DNA from: Octopus sinensis
Taxonomy: Eukaryota
DNA: 64,000 nucleotides
Direction of reading: 5' to 3'
Assembly: GCF_006345805.1 (NCBI RefSeq)
Contig: NC_042998.1
Location: 157,914,001-157,978,000, forward strand
The position numbers and the translations under genes were made by a program. Each line of letters starts with the position of its first letter. Positions within the stretch are counted from its first letter, which is position 1. Shown here one piece after another: positions 1-14,075 of the stretch. The notes beneath the pieces were generated by a model. The model saw nothing but the letters and a program-made list of their open reading frames with translations. It was not told the origin of the DNA and did no database searches.

Positions 1-689
1 GAATGCACTCATAATATTCGTCTTGTATTGCCGTGGAGAGGGTTAAATAATAGTTTTATCTAATAGTTACAATTTAAATTTCTTAATTTAATATAACTAC
101 GAGACTTTCCGTACTATTTTTTTCTAATCTATATTAAATAGACACACGTGTATTTAAATTAAATGTTCTTGAATAAGTTTTAAGTACAATGCATTCCATC
201 AATTACCTGATTTCGACTGCAATTTAAGTAAACAAGCTGTTACAATGTTTCTTGAAATTATGAGATTTGTTCCGTTTTTAAACGTTATCGTTTAATAGTT
301 TTATATTTCTTGCTCTTTTTAATATTTTGAATACATTTTACTATATGTAATTAAATTTAAATCTGGAAAAGTGTTTTTGTAAGCAAATTCCGCTGCCAGA
401 CTGTTTAAATAGAATGTTCTCTAATATTATTAATGATTAATATAACTGTTTATAAATATTACTCAATACTGCCAAATATCGTCCTCTTCCTCACATTCTC
501 TTATAATTTTATACAAAATTATATTTCAAACGCTGCAAAATTGGAAAATGTTTACTTTAATTTAAAACATATTTCAATAACAGCTAAATGTAGTTTCAAG
601 TTGTATAACCAGTGGATATTAAACGAGGATTACAACGGTTTGCCTGTTTTAAGCTAAGATACTAAGACTACACATAAAACAGTAAAGCA

Positions 690-1533
690 ATAAATTTTCC
701 ATAAATTTTCAATAATATTGAGATTCTCGAGACTGTGGTGGCCAGATAAAATGTTCAACTTCACTAGAATGTTTCTTGTGCCATTCAGTAATAACTTTAG
801 CTATATGAATTGGTGTATTATCATCCTGAAAGACTGCGTTTCCAATTCCTCAACAATAGGATGAATTTGATCAGATAAAATGCTTAAATGGTCTTGACTA
901 TTAATTCTGCCTTGAAAGGAAAACCATTGGGCCGGCGAATTTCCAAGATATAGCACCACCCCCAGATCATCACAGATCCTTTTCCCTGTTTAAAAGTTGG
1001 AAGAAGGTAGTCTGGGCCAAATGTTTTTTATGGCTGTCTCCACACGTATACTAAGCCAGTTGTCTAAAATAAGGTAAAGAATGGCTAGTCCAAGAAAATA
1101 ACATTCCTCCACTGCTCCAGGGACCAATTCTGTAGGTTTTTACTCCACTCTAAACGCTTTGCAACATTTGTTTTTGAAAGTAGTGGTTTTCTGATTGCAG
1201 CCCTCCCGTGAAATCTGGCTTTGTGCAGCTCCCGGCGAACAATTTTTGTGGAAACTTGGTTCTCGAAGGGAGTTCTTAAGCTCCGTAGTAATTTTTGGAG
1301 CTTTACTTTTGTGATCTTTTCTAACAATTCGCGTAAGAGTCCGACAGTCCCTATCTGAAAGTTTTGGTTTTCTTCTGGAGTTTGTTTCGATGAGGAGGTT
1401 TTTCTCACTTTCTCAAAGGCTGTCATTATTTTTGAGACAGTACTTCTTGATATACCAAACATTTCATCCATATTCGTCACGCTAGCACCTGCCATACGAG
1501 CACCAACAATTTGAGCTTTTTGAAAATGTATTT
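690..1533 (-). pseudogene. Decayed Tc1-family transposase
   Basis: ORF 1085-1546 reads QIVGARMAGASVT...GISRSTVSKIM (HTH) and RRELHKARFHGRAAIRKPLLS...LEQWRNVIF. Downstream frameshifted pieces give SVMIWG, FQDDNTPIH and WPPQS, which are Tc1 DDE motifs. Stops and frameshifts are present. Confidence 0.85.
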
Positions 1534-1540
1534 TCTTTAA

Positions 1541-3060
1541 CATCAAGGGAGGTGTCTGCAGAGATTACGCTTTGCTAGTTACCAAGAGCTTAAATGAAGC
1601 CTCTTTAGAACGAACTAGGAAAGATCTGCACAAATTTTTCAATAGCCTCATTCTATCTGTTACTTTTGAAAATTCCCACGAAAACACAGAAGTTTTCTAG
1701 ATGCAACTTTAAACTTAGAAACCTCCCAGTAATCCCCATATTACAAACCTAACCATTACCTGAAGTACTTAAACATTAATCCCAATCACCACAAATCCAC
1801 TATTGATTATATAGTTAAGAGTATCTCAATTCGTATATCAGGCTGCTCATCCACTGAGGAAATATTCGATAACCACACCCCATATTACAACAAAGCGCTC
1901 GCTGCCAGCGGCTTCTCCCAACAAATAAAATACAACCCTAATACTAGGCTCAAGCAACATATATCTCAAATCATATCACAGCAACATGCCAACCACAAGA
2001 ATTACAACAGACCACACACACACAATACTAGAACCCCAGAAGAACCCAGATTAAGACAACTTAGGCCCCACACGCACACATATAACACTAAGTCAAAAGC
2101 TAAAACAGCTAACAATAACGTGCCTTATTACCCGCCTCTAATTTCTAAAAATATAGATAACACTACCCTTAAGCAACCCAAAAAAAAAGCGGTGGACGTT
2201 CTATTCTATGGTATACACCTCCCTTCTCACAAAACGTTAAGAGCTTAGTTAAATCCTTTTTTAATATACTGGACTCCAACTTCCCTTGTCAACATAAACA
2301 TTTCTCTATTTTTAATAGATCTACCTTAAGGCTATCCTACTCACTATCATAACAGTGTCTAATAAACGAAAATTTTCTATATTATCAAAACTTACGTTGT
2401 AACAAGTCTGAACAGACGCGCGCCCAACATATACATAGCTCCAATATCGAGCCCTATACTTTAGTCCACAACAGAAACCCTACTAATCCCACTAACCAGA
2501 ATAATACTACTACCACTTCCAGCCCTATCACAGATAGGATACATAACAACAACGATAGAGTTAGTAACGATAATAATAATATTAATAACATAGACCAGTC
2601 TACCCCCATCTCTAACCCATCCTCTAACAGTATTACTCCCTCCATTCCTGAGAATAATCCCCACCATACACTACCATGTAACTGCCGACTTGGGACCATC
2701 TGCCATCTACAAACCCATTGTAGAAGGTCTAATATAATTTATAAATGCCCCGTCCTCCACACGCTACAACCATATATATGGGATCAACTCTACAACCATA
2801 TATATGGGATCAACTATAAATTTTGAACAGCGATACGCTGCGCATCTCAATTCTTTTAGATACGAGAAACATAGTAAACCCACAACACTCGGCAGCCACA
2901 TACATAATTCTCAAAAATAGAAATATTCCCTACATCTAGTCATGTTTCATAAGAGATTCAGGGCTTCCATACCAAGGAAGCTATGCCTAGAAGAGGCATT
3001 CCGCATATTGAAACACAACTTTTCAATACTATTAAAAATAAATATAACAAGGCCTTAAAG
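1541..3060 (+). mobile_element. Penelope-like element (Naiad-like), 5'-truncated: end of RT, thumb, CxCx5Cx5C linker, GIY-YIG endonuclease; decayed
   Basis: Manual translation gives CRDYALL (degenerate YRDD), PYYKPN...YLNINPNH, EIFDNHTPYYNKALAASGF, PFSQNVK, SIFNRSTLRLSYS, CNCRLGTICHLQTHC, NIIYKC and FEQRYAAHLNSFRYEKHSKPTTL. Confidence 0.8.
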
Positions 3061-3220
3061 CAACCTAAATAACAACACAGCACATATCCCCAACGACCCT
3101 TTTTGACTTTACATTAAATTTTTAACTCTCCAATCTTATTTTAATTGTCTAATACTACACATATGCGCAGCATATGGGTACGTATGCGGATGTATGTGCG
3201 TATGTATTTGTATATACATA

Positions 3221-3258
<38 letters not shown>

Positions 3259-3356
3259 CATACATACATATATATATATATACATACATATATATATATA
3301 TATATATATGCGTGTGTGTGCGTGTGTGCGTGTATGTGTGTACATGTATATACATA

Positions 3357-3531
3357 TAAAATCTTTATAACAATTTATCAAGTGTAGTCAGCGTGAAAAA
3401 CTTCATAAAGGAAAAATTATCGATTATTCCCTTTAAATATATTTTTCCCTTATGAGGTTTTTCCCTTTAAATAATTTTTCCCTTATGAGGTTTTTCCGTT
3501 GACTACTTCATAAATTCTTGTAAAGATTTTA
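3357..3531. repeat. Imperfect inverted repeat (fold-back element) with an internal ~33-bp tandem duplication
   Basis: aaatctttataacaatttatcaagtgtagtcagcgtgaaaaacttcataaaggaaaaatt is the reverse complement of atttttcccttatgaggtttttccgttgactacttcataaattcttgtaaagattt, with mismatches. Confidence 0.75.
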
Positions 3532-3546
3532 TCCTATTTTAAAATT

Positions 3547-3740
<194 letters not shown>

Positions 3741-3822
3741 GTTTACACACATGTTCACACGCACTTACATACATATACATCGATACACACACACATATAC
3801 ACAGATATGACAGAAGTAAATA

Positions 3823-4165
3823 CACACCCTGTAAGCACCCTTATAATTGTTAAAATTATTTACATCTGAAATTAAATATTCAAATTATTTGTTAATTATT
3901 GTAATGTGAATATCTAATATTTAATAGATATCACCTTGGCATTTTTCAATGTTACTGATCAGATGATTGTTCTCTTGAGGAATTTCTTGCCAAGTTTCGT
4001 GCAGTAATCTCAAAACATTTAGGTTTGGGGATGCTTTCTGATTCTTTATATGAAGTGTCCTATCCATAACGTCCCAGAAGTGTTCAATAGAGTTCATATC
4101 TGGCGACTGGCTTGGCTATGGAAGCTTTTTAATGGGATTATCTTCCAACCAATTTTGTGTCCTTT
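3823..4165 (-). mobile_element. Tc1-like transposon 3' end (C-terminal transposase plus probable TIR)
   Basis: Minus-strand translation gives PSQSPDMNSIEHFWDVMDR...LHETWQEIPQE (SPDLNPIE motif). The terminus is TA|CACACCCTG at ~3821. Confidence 0.7.
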
Positions 4166-4920
4166 TAAATAAAGAGACATCATTTGACCACTTGAGAAGT
4201 TTGGAAGGAGTCCCTTCTGCAATATGGGCACATATTTAACTGAGTTTCTTAACCGATCTTGCGCTGCTCCGTTGGTATTCTTAGCTTGATCTAGAGCATC
4301 ATCCCTATAAATAGCGAAGTATACACCAGGAAAAGCTTTTCCTAACGTGTCAAGCAGGAATAATCCAATGAGATCCATAATATGACCATGTGCTTATATA
4401 GAAAGAACCCTCTGGTCTGCTGTCTCGACCCACTCTGTGTTCTTGCTGAAGAGTAAGGTCTATTTTTCTTGTTCATTAATCTCTGTAAAATCGCTTGCGA
4501 AACTCAGGGCTCTATCTAGCGGTTTTCTAGAAATAAATGCATAGAAATCTACAATATCAAATTGTGTAAATGTTGCTAAATTCTTATTTCTAAATGCTTT
4601 AAACCAGTTAACAACTTCTATACTATTGGACTGTGGTACTAAATCAGTTGCCCCTCTAACTTTAGCATTGGTTTAAAAAATAATTCCTACTAATTATACC
4701 AATTTCTGATCTTGCAGGGTTAATCAGTGTGCATTTAGGATTAGATAGGAAGTTCTTTTTATGGTTCTGAATAGTTATAAAGACCTCTTTTTTATTTGGA
4801 AGGATCTCTATTTATTTTTAACTAATTTAAACCTAGCGGCGATGAAACTACTTCTTTATGAATGTCGTTATAAACTTGCAGTCTAGCTTTAGTGTAATTA
4901 CTAATACAATTGTTATGTAG
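4165..4920 (-). mobile_element. Penelope-like element reverse transcriptase fragment
   Basis: Translation gives LINPARSEIG, IEVVNWFK, FTQFDIVDFY and DLIGLFLL...AIYRDDAL (ORF 4094-4378), all PLE RT motifs. Confidence 0.8.
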
Positions 4921-4934
4921 GAGTTGTATGTGCT

Positions 4935-5007
<73 letters not shown>

Positions 5008-5045
5008 GCGAGTGACTTGATCTGAGATCGTGTGCTGGAAATAAA

Positions 5046-5192
5046 ACAATTGCAGCGTGGAAGGTGTTTATGAGCCATTTAAGAAACACACAAAACCGTT
5101 AGATTCACTTCAAATTAAACTTAAATGTTGAAGTGAATCTAACGGTTTTGTGTGCTTCTTAAATGGCTTATAAACACCTTCTACGCTGCAAT

Positions 5193-5195
<3 letters not shown>
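5046..5195. repeat. Near-perfect ~150-bp hairpin (fold-back, probably PLE pseudo-LTR derived)
   Basis: acaattgcagcgtggaaggtgtttatgagccatttaagaaacacacaaaaccgttagattcacttcaa, then a short loop, then its reverse complement. Flanked by (TA)n. Confidence 0.9.
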
Positions 5196-5250
<55 letters not shown>

Positions 5251-8200
5251 TTTGCTTATTACCGCTTATTATTTATAAGAAAACATTTGTAAGTATAAAT
5301 AATTATGTGTGTATATCTAATATAAGCACGATGCCCTATGGAAAATTTGGATCTTCTTTCTTAATATCTGTGAAAATCGTTACGGCATTGATACACACGT
5401 AATCTTTTAATATTCCATAAAATATGCATTCAATTATGCTCCGCGACACCAATCTCTCACCACTTAATTTCTCATTGCTGGCCCCGCAAATCTCTATACT
5501 CAAACTTTAATCAGAAAGACTGTGTATATTTATATATAAATTCTTATCTTCATGTCACACACCGCTCAACTAAAAATCAGAAATTAATACTCCTAGTAAC
5601 TCTGGCTCAAACAATATTTTCCATTGATTTAATTAGACCTGAATCAATAAGCGTAATTCGAAATCATTCGAAAAAGAACTACTCTTCGATGCTGCCTCTT
5701 GCTACATCAAGTACATCTATCTCTCAATCTTCTTCAGACACTTCAGCTGTCACACCTATTTATAGCCCTCACGTTCATTCTCTGTTGATGCCAACGGTGC
5801 AGAAAAGTAATCTTCTTATCTTCAATAGTCTACATTAATCAGGTCATTCCTACAGCGTCCAAGACCGAAATACAGCATGAGTAATCATTAGCACAGATCA
5901 GTGGCTTTCAACGAAGTTTCTCTCGAAGGACATACTTGTTTCAGGGGCGACTGAGCTATGTGTATAGTGACGTTGAGTAACTGAAGTCACAGTGAATCTG
6001 ACTAATAGCTGAAAATATAGATGAATAAATTGATGATATAGAGTTGACAATCCCGGATCGTCAAATAATCTTGCTGTTGTGACCAACAGCATAGCGTATG
6101 GAATAAATCAAATTTAGTCAAAGATAGGAAACGCTTGGAGTGAGGTGTGTACATAGTACGAAATATGTAGGGCACATTCGAAAGCCGATGTGCTAAAAAT
6201 AACTTAATGTCAAATCTGTTAAGATTCACATTATTCGCGCCGATCTTTCTGAATGGCACTTTCTAAACTTAATTCACGTCCGTGGAAAATGGATAGAACG
6301 CTAGAAAAAAAACCGTAATTATATTTATTTGCCTTTTCAATACATCTTACATTACATTTCTTATTCTCAAGATATTGCTTTCTTTTATGAATATAAAGTT
6401 ATTTGCATTGAGATTGTGCTCATTTAAATTTTAGATCAATTCCAAATACTTGAAATGACCTTCCATCGGTTTAACAGTCTCCTTGAAATGACTTTTTTAA
6501 AGCAATTTTTGAATTTATATTTCTCTACTAATCTGAAAGTGAAAATGGTGTTCACCTCTGATTTTTCATTCTAGCTTTGCATAACTATTTATCACAAAAT
6601 TCTTATCTCCTTATTGTTGTCTTTTTACACAAATGCCCATAAATATACATGAACACACACATACACAAAGACAAATTCGCCTGCACTGACATACATGCAT
6701 AAACACACACGTGCATATATACTTGTAAGTAAGTATGTATTTTATAATATGTGTGTGCGCGCATTTACACGTAAAGATTCATATATACCGTGCAACCTTC
6801 TAAGCTAATGTAGGTTGCTGACATGCTGGGAACATTTAGAATGCTTTGAAAATGGTTTCTTTAGAGTTTAGATTAATCAAATTCTTTATATGAAACTTGT
6901 CAGATTCTGAAAGATTACTTTTCAGACATACTTAAATGAATTCAGAGTATTAAATAAAAGATACTAAAAGCCTATCTGCGATGAATTCTCAATCGATAGG
7001 AAGAAATTTATAGAATGTGAAAGACATATAAATATAATGTAAGATAAAATTGATGTGAAACTAAAATACCAGATGAATAATATTTAAAACAATAATATTT
7101 ATAGTGGGGCAATTTGAAGAGCAGAACCGGTTACACGAAGAGAATTTATTCACGTAGAAAACGATATTCTATTAAGACCTACTGCAAACGGTTCAAGCTA
7201 TTAGGCCTAACCGGTCAAGCTTTTGAACCTTAAATAACTGTTGCAAATAAAGATTTGCAACATAATCCTTTACACATAATTTCATAATTCAGCACATAAT
7301 GAGCAACATTGGCTCTCGCTCATTTGTCTAGAACCATTTTCATGGCTCCTACATCCCTCGAAACACCTTTCTCAATCTTTCTCTTACATTTATCCTTCTT
7401 GCTAAATCGTTCTCCTCCTACCTGTTTTCAATTCTTTTAGAGATACTCATCTTATTTAACCTCAATGAACGGTTATTTGTGTAATATTCTATTGTTCTCC
7501 TCATAATTGAATCCACGCACATGTATCTTAATAGTGTTTATTTCACTGTTTTTCATTGTAGTATTAGAATATATAATGTTTACTCATATTAAATATTAGT
7601 TTTAACTAATCGTATGTTCAGGAAAAATACAATTTGAAATTTATTTCACAAGATCGAGATGACTACTGATAAAGATATTGATAACTTGATTATTTGGGAA
7701 AAGATATCCAGTAGAATCCAAACATAAACTTTAATTTTGGGGTCCATATGGACGACTAGAAGCTTCAGTATCGTTCCTCACCATGTCTGCAGCCCAAAGT
7801 CTGAGACAAGTTACTGAATAACAAAATATTGAAGTATATGTTTACACACACACATAACTGTGTGCGTGTGCGTGTATGCATGTGTGCGTGCGTGTGTGGT
7901 ATTGATAATACGATATTTGATTTAATTGGCAAAGAAAAATCTTCAAGATCCATTGAAAGTAGTTGTATATTAATACAGTTATGATATTGAGATATTTTTT
8001 TTCATAGAACATTGAAAAATATATTTGTGCTCAGAAATACGTCAAGTGTATTTCAATATACAATTACTTCGATCAACACTTCATTCAATATGTAGGGTAA
8101 ATAATAAGTGACAACAGTAAATTTAATGATCTCAACATCATGTGTTATGTACCATACATCATATATAATTGTGTATGTGCACAGTGAATCATGCAAGCAC

Positions 8201-10870
8201 CATAATGTATGTGTATGTGATAGTGTGTGCGCGCATCTGCAATATGGGGAAACAGAGAAGAAACACAAGAATATAATAACTATGTCACTGAAAATTTCAG
8301 CCATAAATTATTTTAAACTATATTCTTTAATGATGTCTCCTATTTTGAAGATCGTGCTTTTTCTATTTATTAATTATCCATTTAATTTAGATAGTTCTGA
8401 AAAATATATTTATTAAAGGAATTTTAAGCTCCAGGTAATATTATTTATTTTTCCTCTATACGAAAGAATTCAAATTTGCAAAAATAATTAATAAGAGGTA
8501 TTCATAACGTTTTGAAAAAAGATTTGCAACTGCAAAACTTGCAAAACTACTGTTGCAATTGGAATGAGAGGTCAACAAACAAAAATCTTACTACTGTTTT
8601 GCATTAGCCATCTTCATATATAACCGCTATTCTATCAGACAAAGCAAATAGCTCATTTGAATAACTGTAAAATTTATTCAAAGCAGATTCTTTGTCCAAG
8701 ACAAATGGTTTAAACAAATTATAAAATGTCGCCTTGTGCTATTGAAATGAATATGGTAGTTCATTATAACTTAGTTCATTGTAATTCAAATATAACATTT
8801 GTGGAAACATAATGTGAAGTTTTCTAGGACACATACGTAATTAGATTGATTGATTACTCACTTATAAAGCGAACAGTCTCGATTCACAAAACACTAGACT
8901 ATGAATAATGCTGAATCAGAAATCATGTCTGCATGTATGTTTTTTTTATTTTAGTTTTATTTTAAGTTCTTCTTAAAAGAGTTCAAGCCGGTTACTGATA
9001 AAGAGACACAGCTTTTTGAGTTAAGACACTTCCCGGTGTTTGTAAATATGTAGTTGAGTTGGTGCTGACTGAAATATCGAGGCACACACCCAAATCCGTG
9101 AATCTGTTCACCTAAAGACTTTCAGACGGAGAATCTTTAGAATGTCTTACAAATATTCACTTTGTAACTAAAAGATTGAATTTGGAAAACCGTGTCATAT
9201 GTATGCAGGATGTATGTGTGTGTGTATTTATGTATGTATGCATTATGTGTGTATGTATGTATGTACGTACGTACGGATGGATGGATGGATGTGTATAAAC
9301 ATCTTCTGTCCTGAGTCATAAGCAATGGAGATCACCCGAGCAAACCAGCTGAAGTTTTTATTCCTTCCTACTACGACGAATGCAAGATCACTGAACCTGT
9401 TGCAATTTCAGGACATATCATACAGCCATTGATCCGTGGCAATTAATTTGAGAATTTTGCTTGAAATTATGAATATTAATTTTCTTCTTGTTAAAGATTT
9501 TTCCTGTTTAACTAGGGAAGATTAACTACATAACTGCATGTATGCTTGCGCATATACACATTTCTAAATATTACTGTTCATTTATAAGCATATATTTCGT
9601 TATTGGACTTGTAATTAATATTTGAAGATGGTTATTTGTATGTGTATATTGGAGTTGAAGAATCGAGGTAACCATGATATTTTATAATTCTGATGAGCTA
9701 GTTTCCTATATCTGTATTACATTGTAAAAGGTATAATTCAACTATGCAATTTATAACATATACACTGGCGCAGACATGGAAAATAATTTGTTTCTCTCAT
9801 GTGTATTAATGTTCTTTATATATTTTTTTTAAAAATTGTATTCGCTTAGTTCATTTTTCTAAGTGCGGCTTGGGCACTTAAAAAAAAAACAGGCATTGGT
9901 TGAAGTGATATACAAGTTTGTTACTATTAGACTTGGCTGAGGGTAATCAAACATATTTTGGTGCCAAATTTGAAATCATATCAAGTTAACTGACATTCCT
10001 CTTTGCAATTTTGAAGGGGTAAGACGCAATCTTTGTTTCACTTAGTGATTCCGGTCATGCCTGTGAAAATCTAGTGTTAATTTTTGTGATTCCGGAGTGT
10101 TTTGACTCCAATTTTTAGCAAAGCTGGTGCTTAAAAAAGAGTCCTTGTTATATATCTACTATTTTTACCTTAACGGTTTTAGCTTGCGGTCACTAGCATT
10201 AATGTCTCTCATGAGATGAGTATTAATGTCATTTGTGTGTGTGTCTGTGTGTGAGTGTACGTGCGCGCGGGCGGGCGTGTGTGTGTGTTTGCATGTTTAT
10301 ATGTGAATGTATTGTCATAATATGTTGATCATGATGTTTGACATACGGAACTTATTGTGCCTCTTAAACATGAAAGCTATGTCAGAATGAAAACTTAATT
10401 ATGCAGATTATGTAAAAGACACTTATTATATGAAATCTAGCATTTATCACGTTATATTGAATTTGCATTTACATACACTTCCTGCCGATCATTTCTCTGT
10501 CTTGCCTGTCTTAGCCTAATAGAACATCAATTAAATAATTTAACGAACGCTAATTAATATTTTTCTCATTACGGGTTCAATTTCAATTAATTAAAAGCTA
10601 TTTTCAACTCGACACATCAAATTTGGCAGCTGTACCCTACACACAGAGGTGTGCACGCGCGCTTTGTTAAATGCAGACTACTAATGTTGATGGGCTGAGA
10701 TAGAAATATTAATTGAAATTACATCCGTAATTAGAAGAATAATTCATAAGCAGTTATTAAATTTAGTAGGAGGTGAGAACAATAAATAATCGGTAGGAGA
10801 TGATCACTATGTCAATTTAAGGAGGCAAGGGACATTATGGTCTACGTGTGTGTGTGTGTATGCATGCATG

Positions 10871-10904
<34 letters not shown>

Positions 10905-10961
10905 TGTATGTATGTATGTATGTATGTATGTACTTTATTAAAAAGCAGTGAAAATATCACG

Positions 10962-11007
10962 AAAACTGTTACTCAGAGTTTCACGTTCCCGTTCGTCGGA
11001 CAGTTTT
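10962..11007 (-). ncRNA. Type I hammerhead ribozyme, minimal, U4C core variant
   Basis: Minus strand: aaaactgt CCGACGA acg-ggaa-cgt GAAA ctc-t-gag TA acagtttt. Stem I is 8 bp, stem II 3 bp, stem III quasi-palindromic, cleavage triplet GUA. Confidence 0.7.
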
Positions 11008-11016
11008 GTTCTAAAC

Positions 11017-11062
11017 AAAACTGTCCGACGACCAGGAACGTGAAACTCTGAGTAACAGTTTT
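11017..11062 (+). ncRNA. Second hammerhead copy in the opposite arm (stem II mutated)
   Basis: aaaactgt CCGACGA cca-ggaa-cgt GAAA ctctgag TA acagtttt. Confidence 0.5.
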
Positions 11063-11175
11063 TGTGATATTTTTGCTACTTTTTAATAAAGCATATTACT
11101 CTACCTCTGGTATTCGACTACTATTTTTTCCACCTTGTTTCGCATTTATGTGATTAATCTAATATATATATATGT

Positions 11176-11599
11176 AACAAACTATAATGCGGTAGCTACC
11201 ATGGGGGTAACTCTTATTTCGACTTTTAGTGGAAATTATACTCTTGTTTATATCGTTAACAGGGAGATACATCTCTGCCACCTCCAGTGTCGAGACCACC
11301 AGAACACATGATTCCTTGGTCTTGTTAATGATGGACGTTCGACTGCAAGAGTCAGCAGCGATTCATCTTCTCGCCAGAAGTATTTAGATTAACGATGCCA
11401 GAACAGACGCTGGTAGCGCGATTAGCAAGTGAGCTTGTTAAAAGTAAATATTAGCGACAGAGGCATTATTAATATCGAGAGGCAATATTTATCCCCACTT
11501 AATTGTGGAGGTTCTGTTTGAACAAACTATACTGCAGTAGCTACCATGAGAGAAACTCTTATATTGGCTTTTGGGGGCAAAATGCACTCTTGTTTATAT
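11176..11599 (+). repeat. Diverged ~77-bp direct repeat (11176-11252 and 11522-11599) flanking a possible non-LTR fragment
   Basis: aacaaactata.tgc.gtagctaccatg.g.g.aactcttat...ctcttgtttatat occurs twice, ~346 bp apart. Confidence 0.6.
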
Positions 11600-11879
11600 A
11601 GCTATATATATATATATATACAGAGAGAGAGAGAGAGAGAGAATTGGCTATGTGTCATGCTTATCCACAATACACTTATGAAAGATGCATTGGTGTGGCT
11701 TTTATCTAGGAGAATATATCTGGATTGACATGTGTTAAAAACGCAATACTTTTCTTAAGTTCAAAATGTGAATTCCTTTTTGTTATCTACATTCCAAAGT
11801 TCTGTATCTTTGTCAGAAACTTACTCAGAAATACTTTATATAAATAAAAATAGAAGACAACATTTCTATGAATAATAAC

Positions 11880-12510
11880 GTCGAAATGGTTCGCAAGCTG
11901 AACTCTTAGATATTCAGAACTTCCTGGTCCCGCTTTTCTCCTCCTTTGTACGGCCACACCTAGATTACTACTACTGTCTGTAGCCTTCCAATACCAAATA
12001 AAGCATTACGAGAATTGAGTCACCTTACAGAGAAATCACTAACTAAATAAATAAAGGCATGGCATCTTGATTATTGTGACCCCTTTAAATATTGAAGCAT
12101 TATTTTCCACGCCATCGCCATGAGCACTACATCATTTTCACAATGTGGGGATTATACAACGAGCATGGCCCTAACGACTTTAACATCAAATTGAGAATTC
12201 GTCCTAGATTGGGATCACGCCCCATACACCCTCCACATAATTCAGGCTCACAACATAAATACTTTGATTTCCTCAACTGATCCTGGTTTATTGGATATTA
12301 TTACACAAAAATTAAAGAAAAAAAATGATACCATTATCTTCATACGATACCTGGACAAATATCTTCAAGGGATACGAGATAAGTACCTTATACCTGGATA
12401 TATCTCAGTCAATAACAACTCCCTAAGTAGATGGCTCATGATACCTCAAGACTTGACTTTAAAATGACTTAACAGATCACATGGCCACGGCCAATGTTTG
12501 GTGGAAATAT
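11880..12510 (+). mobile_element. Highly decayed PLE-like RT fragment
   Basis: Translation fragments include IEALFST and IIFIRYLDK (RYxDD-like). Confidence 0.4.
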
Positions 12511-12532
12511 ATCTAACGGATATATATATATA

Positions 12533-12921
12533 TTCTTTTACTTGCTTCAGTCATTTGACTGTGGCCATACTGGTGCACCGCCTTTAGTGGAGAAAATCGA
12601 CCCCAGGACTTATTCTTTGTAAGCCTAGTACTTATTCTCTCGGGATCTTTTACGAACCGCTAATTTACGGGGACGTAAACACACCTGCATCGGTTGTCAA
12701 GGGATGTTGTGGGGGAAAAACACAGACCCACACACATACATATATAAATATATACATATACGACGGGCTTATTTTAGTTTCCGTGCACCAAATCCACTCA
12801 AGGTATTGGTCGGCCCCAGGCTATAGTAGAAGACACTTGCCCAAGGTGCCACGAAGTAGGACTGAACCCAGAACCATGTGGTTGGCAAGCAAGTTACTTA
12901 CCACACGGCCACTCCTGCACC

Positions 12922-12922
<1 letters not shown>
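12533..12922 (-). mobile_element. tRNA-derived SINE, family A (octopus-type)
   Basis: Reverse complement starts ggtgcaggagtggccgtgtggtaag (A box) ... gggttcagtcc (B box) ... ggcaccttgggcaagtgtcttctactatagc. Homologous to the copies at 19866 and 39241. Confidence 0.85.
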
Positions 12923-12980
<58 letters not shown>

Positions 12981-13388
12981 ATATGCATATATGAAAATGT
13001 ATTATTGTAAACTAGAGGGAGATTAACATCATCCTCGTAATAAGTTGCGATAAAGGCACTGATTATAACAATATCAATGAAGCGACTTACTCTTAGACAA
13101 TAACTACATCATGCTTTTCAACAAGTTACATGCATTAAATATAACATATTTTCAATTGCGTACACTGAAATTATATTCTGGTCTGCAAGTTTGGCGCAAT
13201 CTCGAAAGTGTTAGTCACGGCTTCAAGTATATTGGAAAATACGGTTCCCATCTACGCATGTGACTAGGGAATGGCTGTCATTAACAACGCCCGAAATGAC
13301 TCGCATGTATCCGGTGTTCTCGCTAATCAACTACTGTACCAATGTTTATCGTGTTCTCAGAGATACATGTGTATATATACATATACAT

Positions 13389-13447
<59 letters not shown>

Positions 13448-13487
13448 CATATATACATACACATATATATATTTACATATGTATTTA

Positions 13488-13541
<54 letters not shown>

Positions 13542-13595
13542 CATATATACATACATATATATATATATATACATATGTATTTATATATATACACA

Positions 13596-13677
<82 letters not shown>

Positions 13678-13679
<2 letters not shown>

Positions 13680-14011
13680 GTAAAAAATGAAGGATAAACG
13701 GAAAAAATAAAAACAGTTCACACGGCGAAAATCCAATCTCCTGGCCAACAGGTAATCCCGGCCTAATGTGGAAAGGGTCCTTGGCATATATCTATATTAG
13801 GGATGACCTAGACATGCTGAACCACCTCCCGAAGACAGTAAAGGACCGAACACTACTGGTATCTTTCGATGTGGTGAATCTATATTTGTCGTTACCTGTC
13901 ATAAATAGCCTTCTTTTATTTGCAATGTGCATTTTCGTTGATTTTTCATTTTTTACCCTTACTTTTCCACGTGTATTATATATTTTATATTTCCTTTTCA
14001 TAACATATTTC

Positions 14012-14015
<4 letters not shown>
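13678..14015 (+). mobile_element. PLE RT fragment between short inverted termini
   Basis: YIRDDLDMLNHLPKTVKDRTLLVSFDVVNLY (ORF 13766) is a PLE RT motif. gggtaaaaaatgaa and ttcattttttaccc form an inverted pair. Confidence 0.7.

Positions 14016-14075
<60 letters not shown>

Larger units (their letters stand above)
10933..11091. repeat. ~160-bp palindrome carrying a hammerhead motif on each arm
   Basis: ctttattaaaaagcagtgaaaatatcacgaaaactgttactcagagtttcacgttccc...gacagttttgtt, a short loop, then the reverse complement. Confidence 0.9.

Noticed and set aside
1-46. piggyBac-like terminus (…gagagggTTAA)
   Set aside because: Only a short motif at the window edge, with no partner TIR visible.
9688-9710. 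CTGATGAG motif as a hammerhead
   Set aside because: There is no downstream stem II/GAAA or stem I partner.
13256-13308. HHR-like fold gcatgtga-ctaggga…ccGAAA…tcgcatgt
   Set aside because: Stem I pairs, but the core and NUH are mutated. It is at best a dead relic, so it is not listed as a feature.
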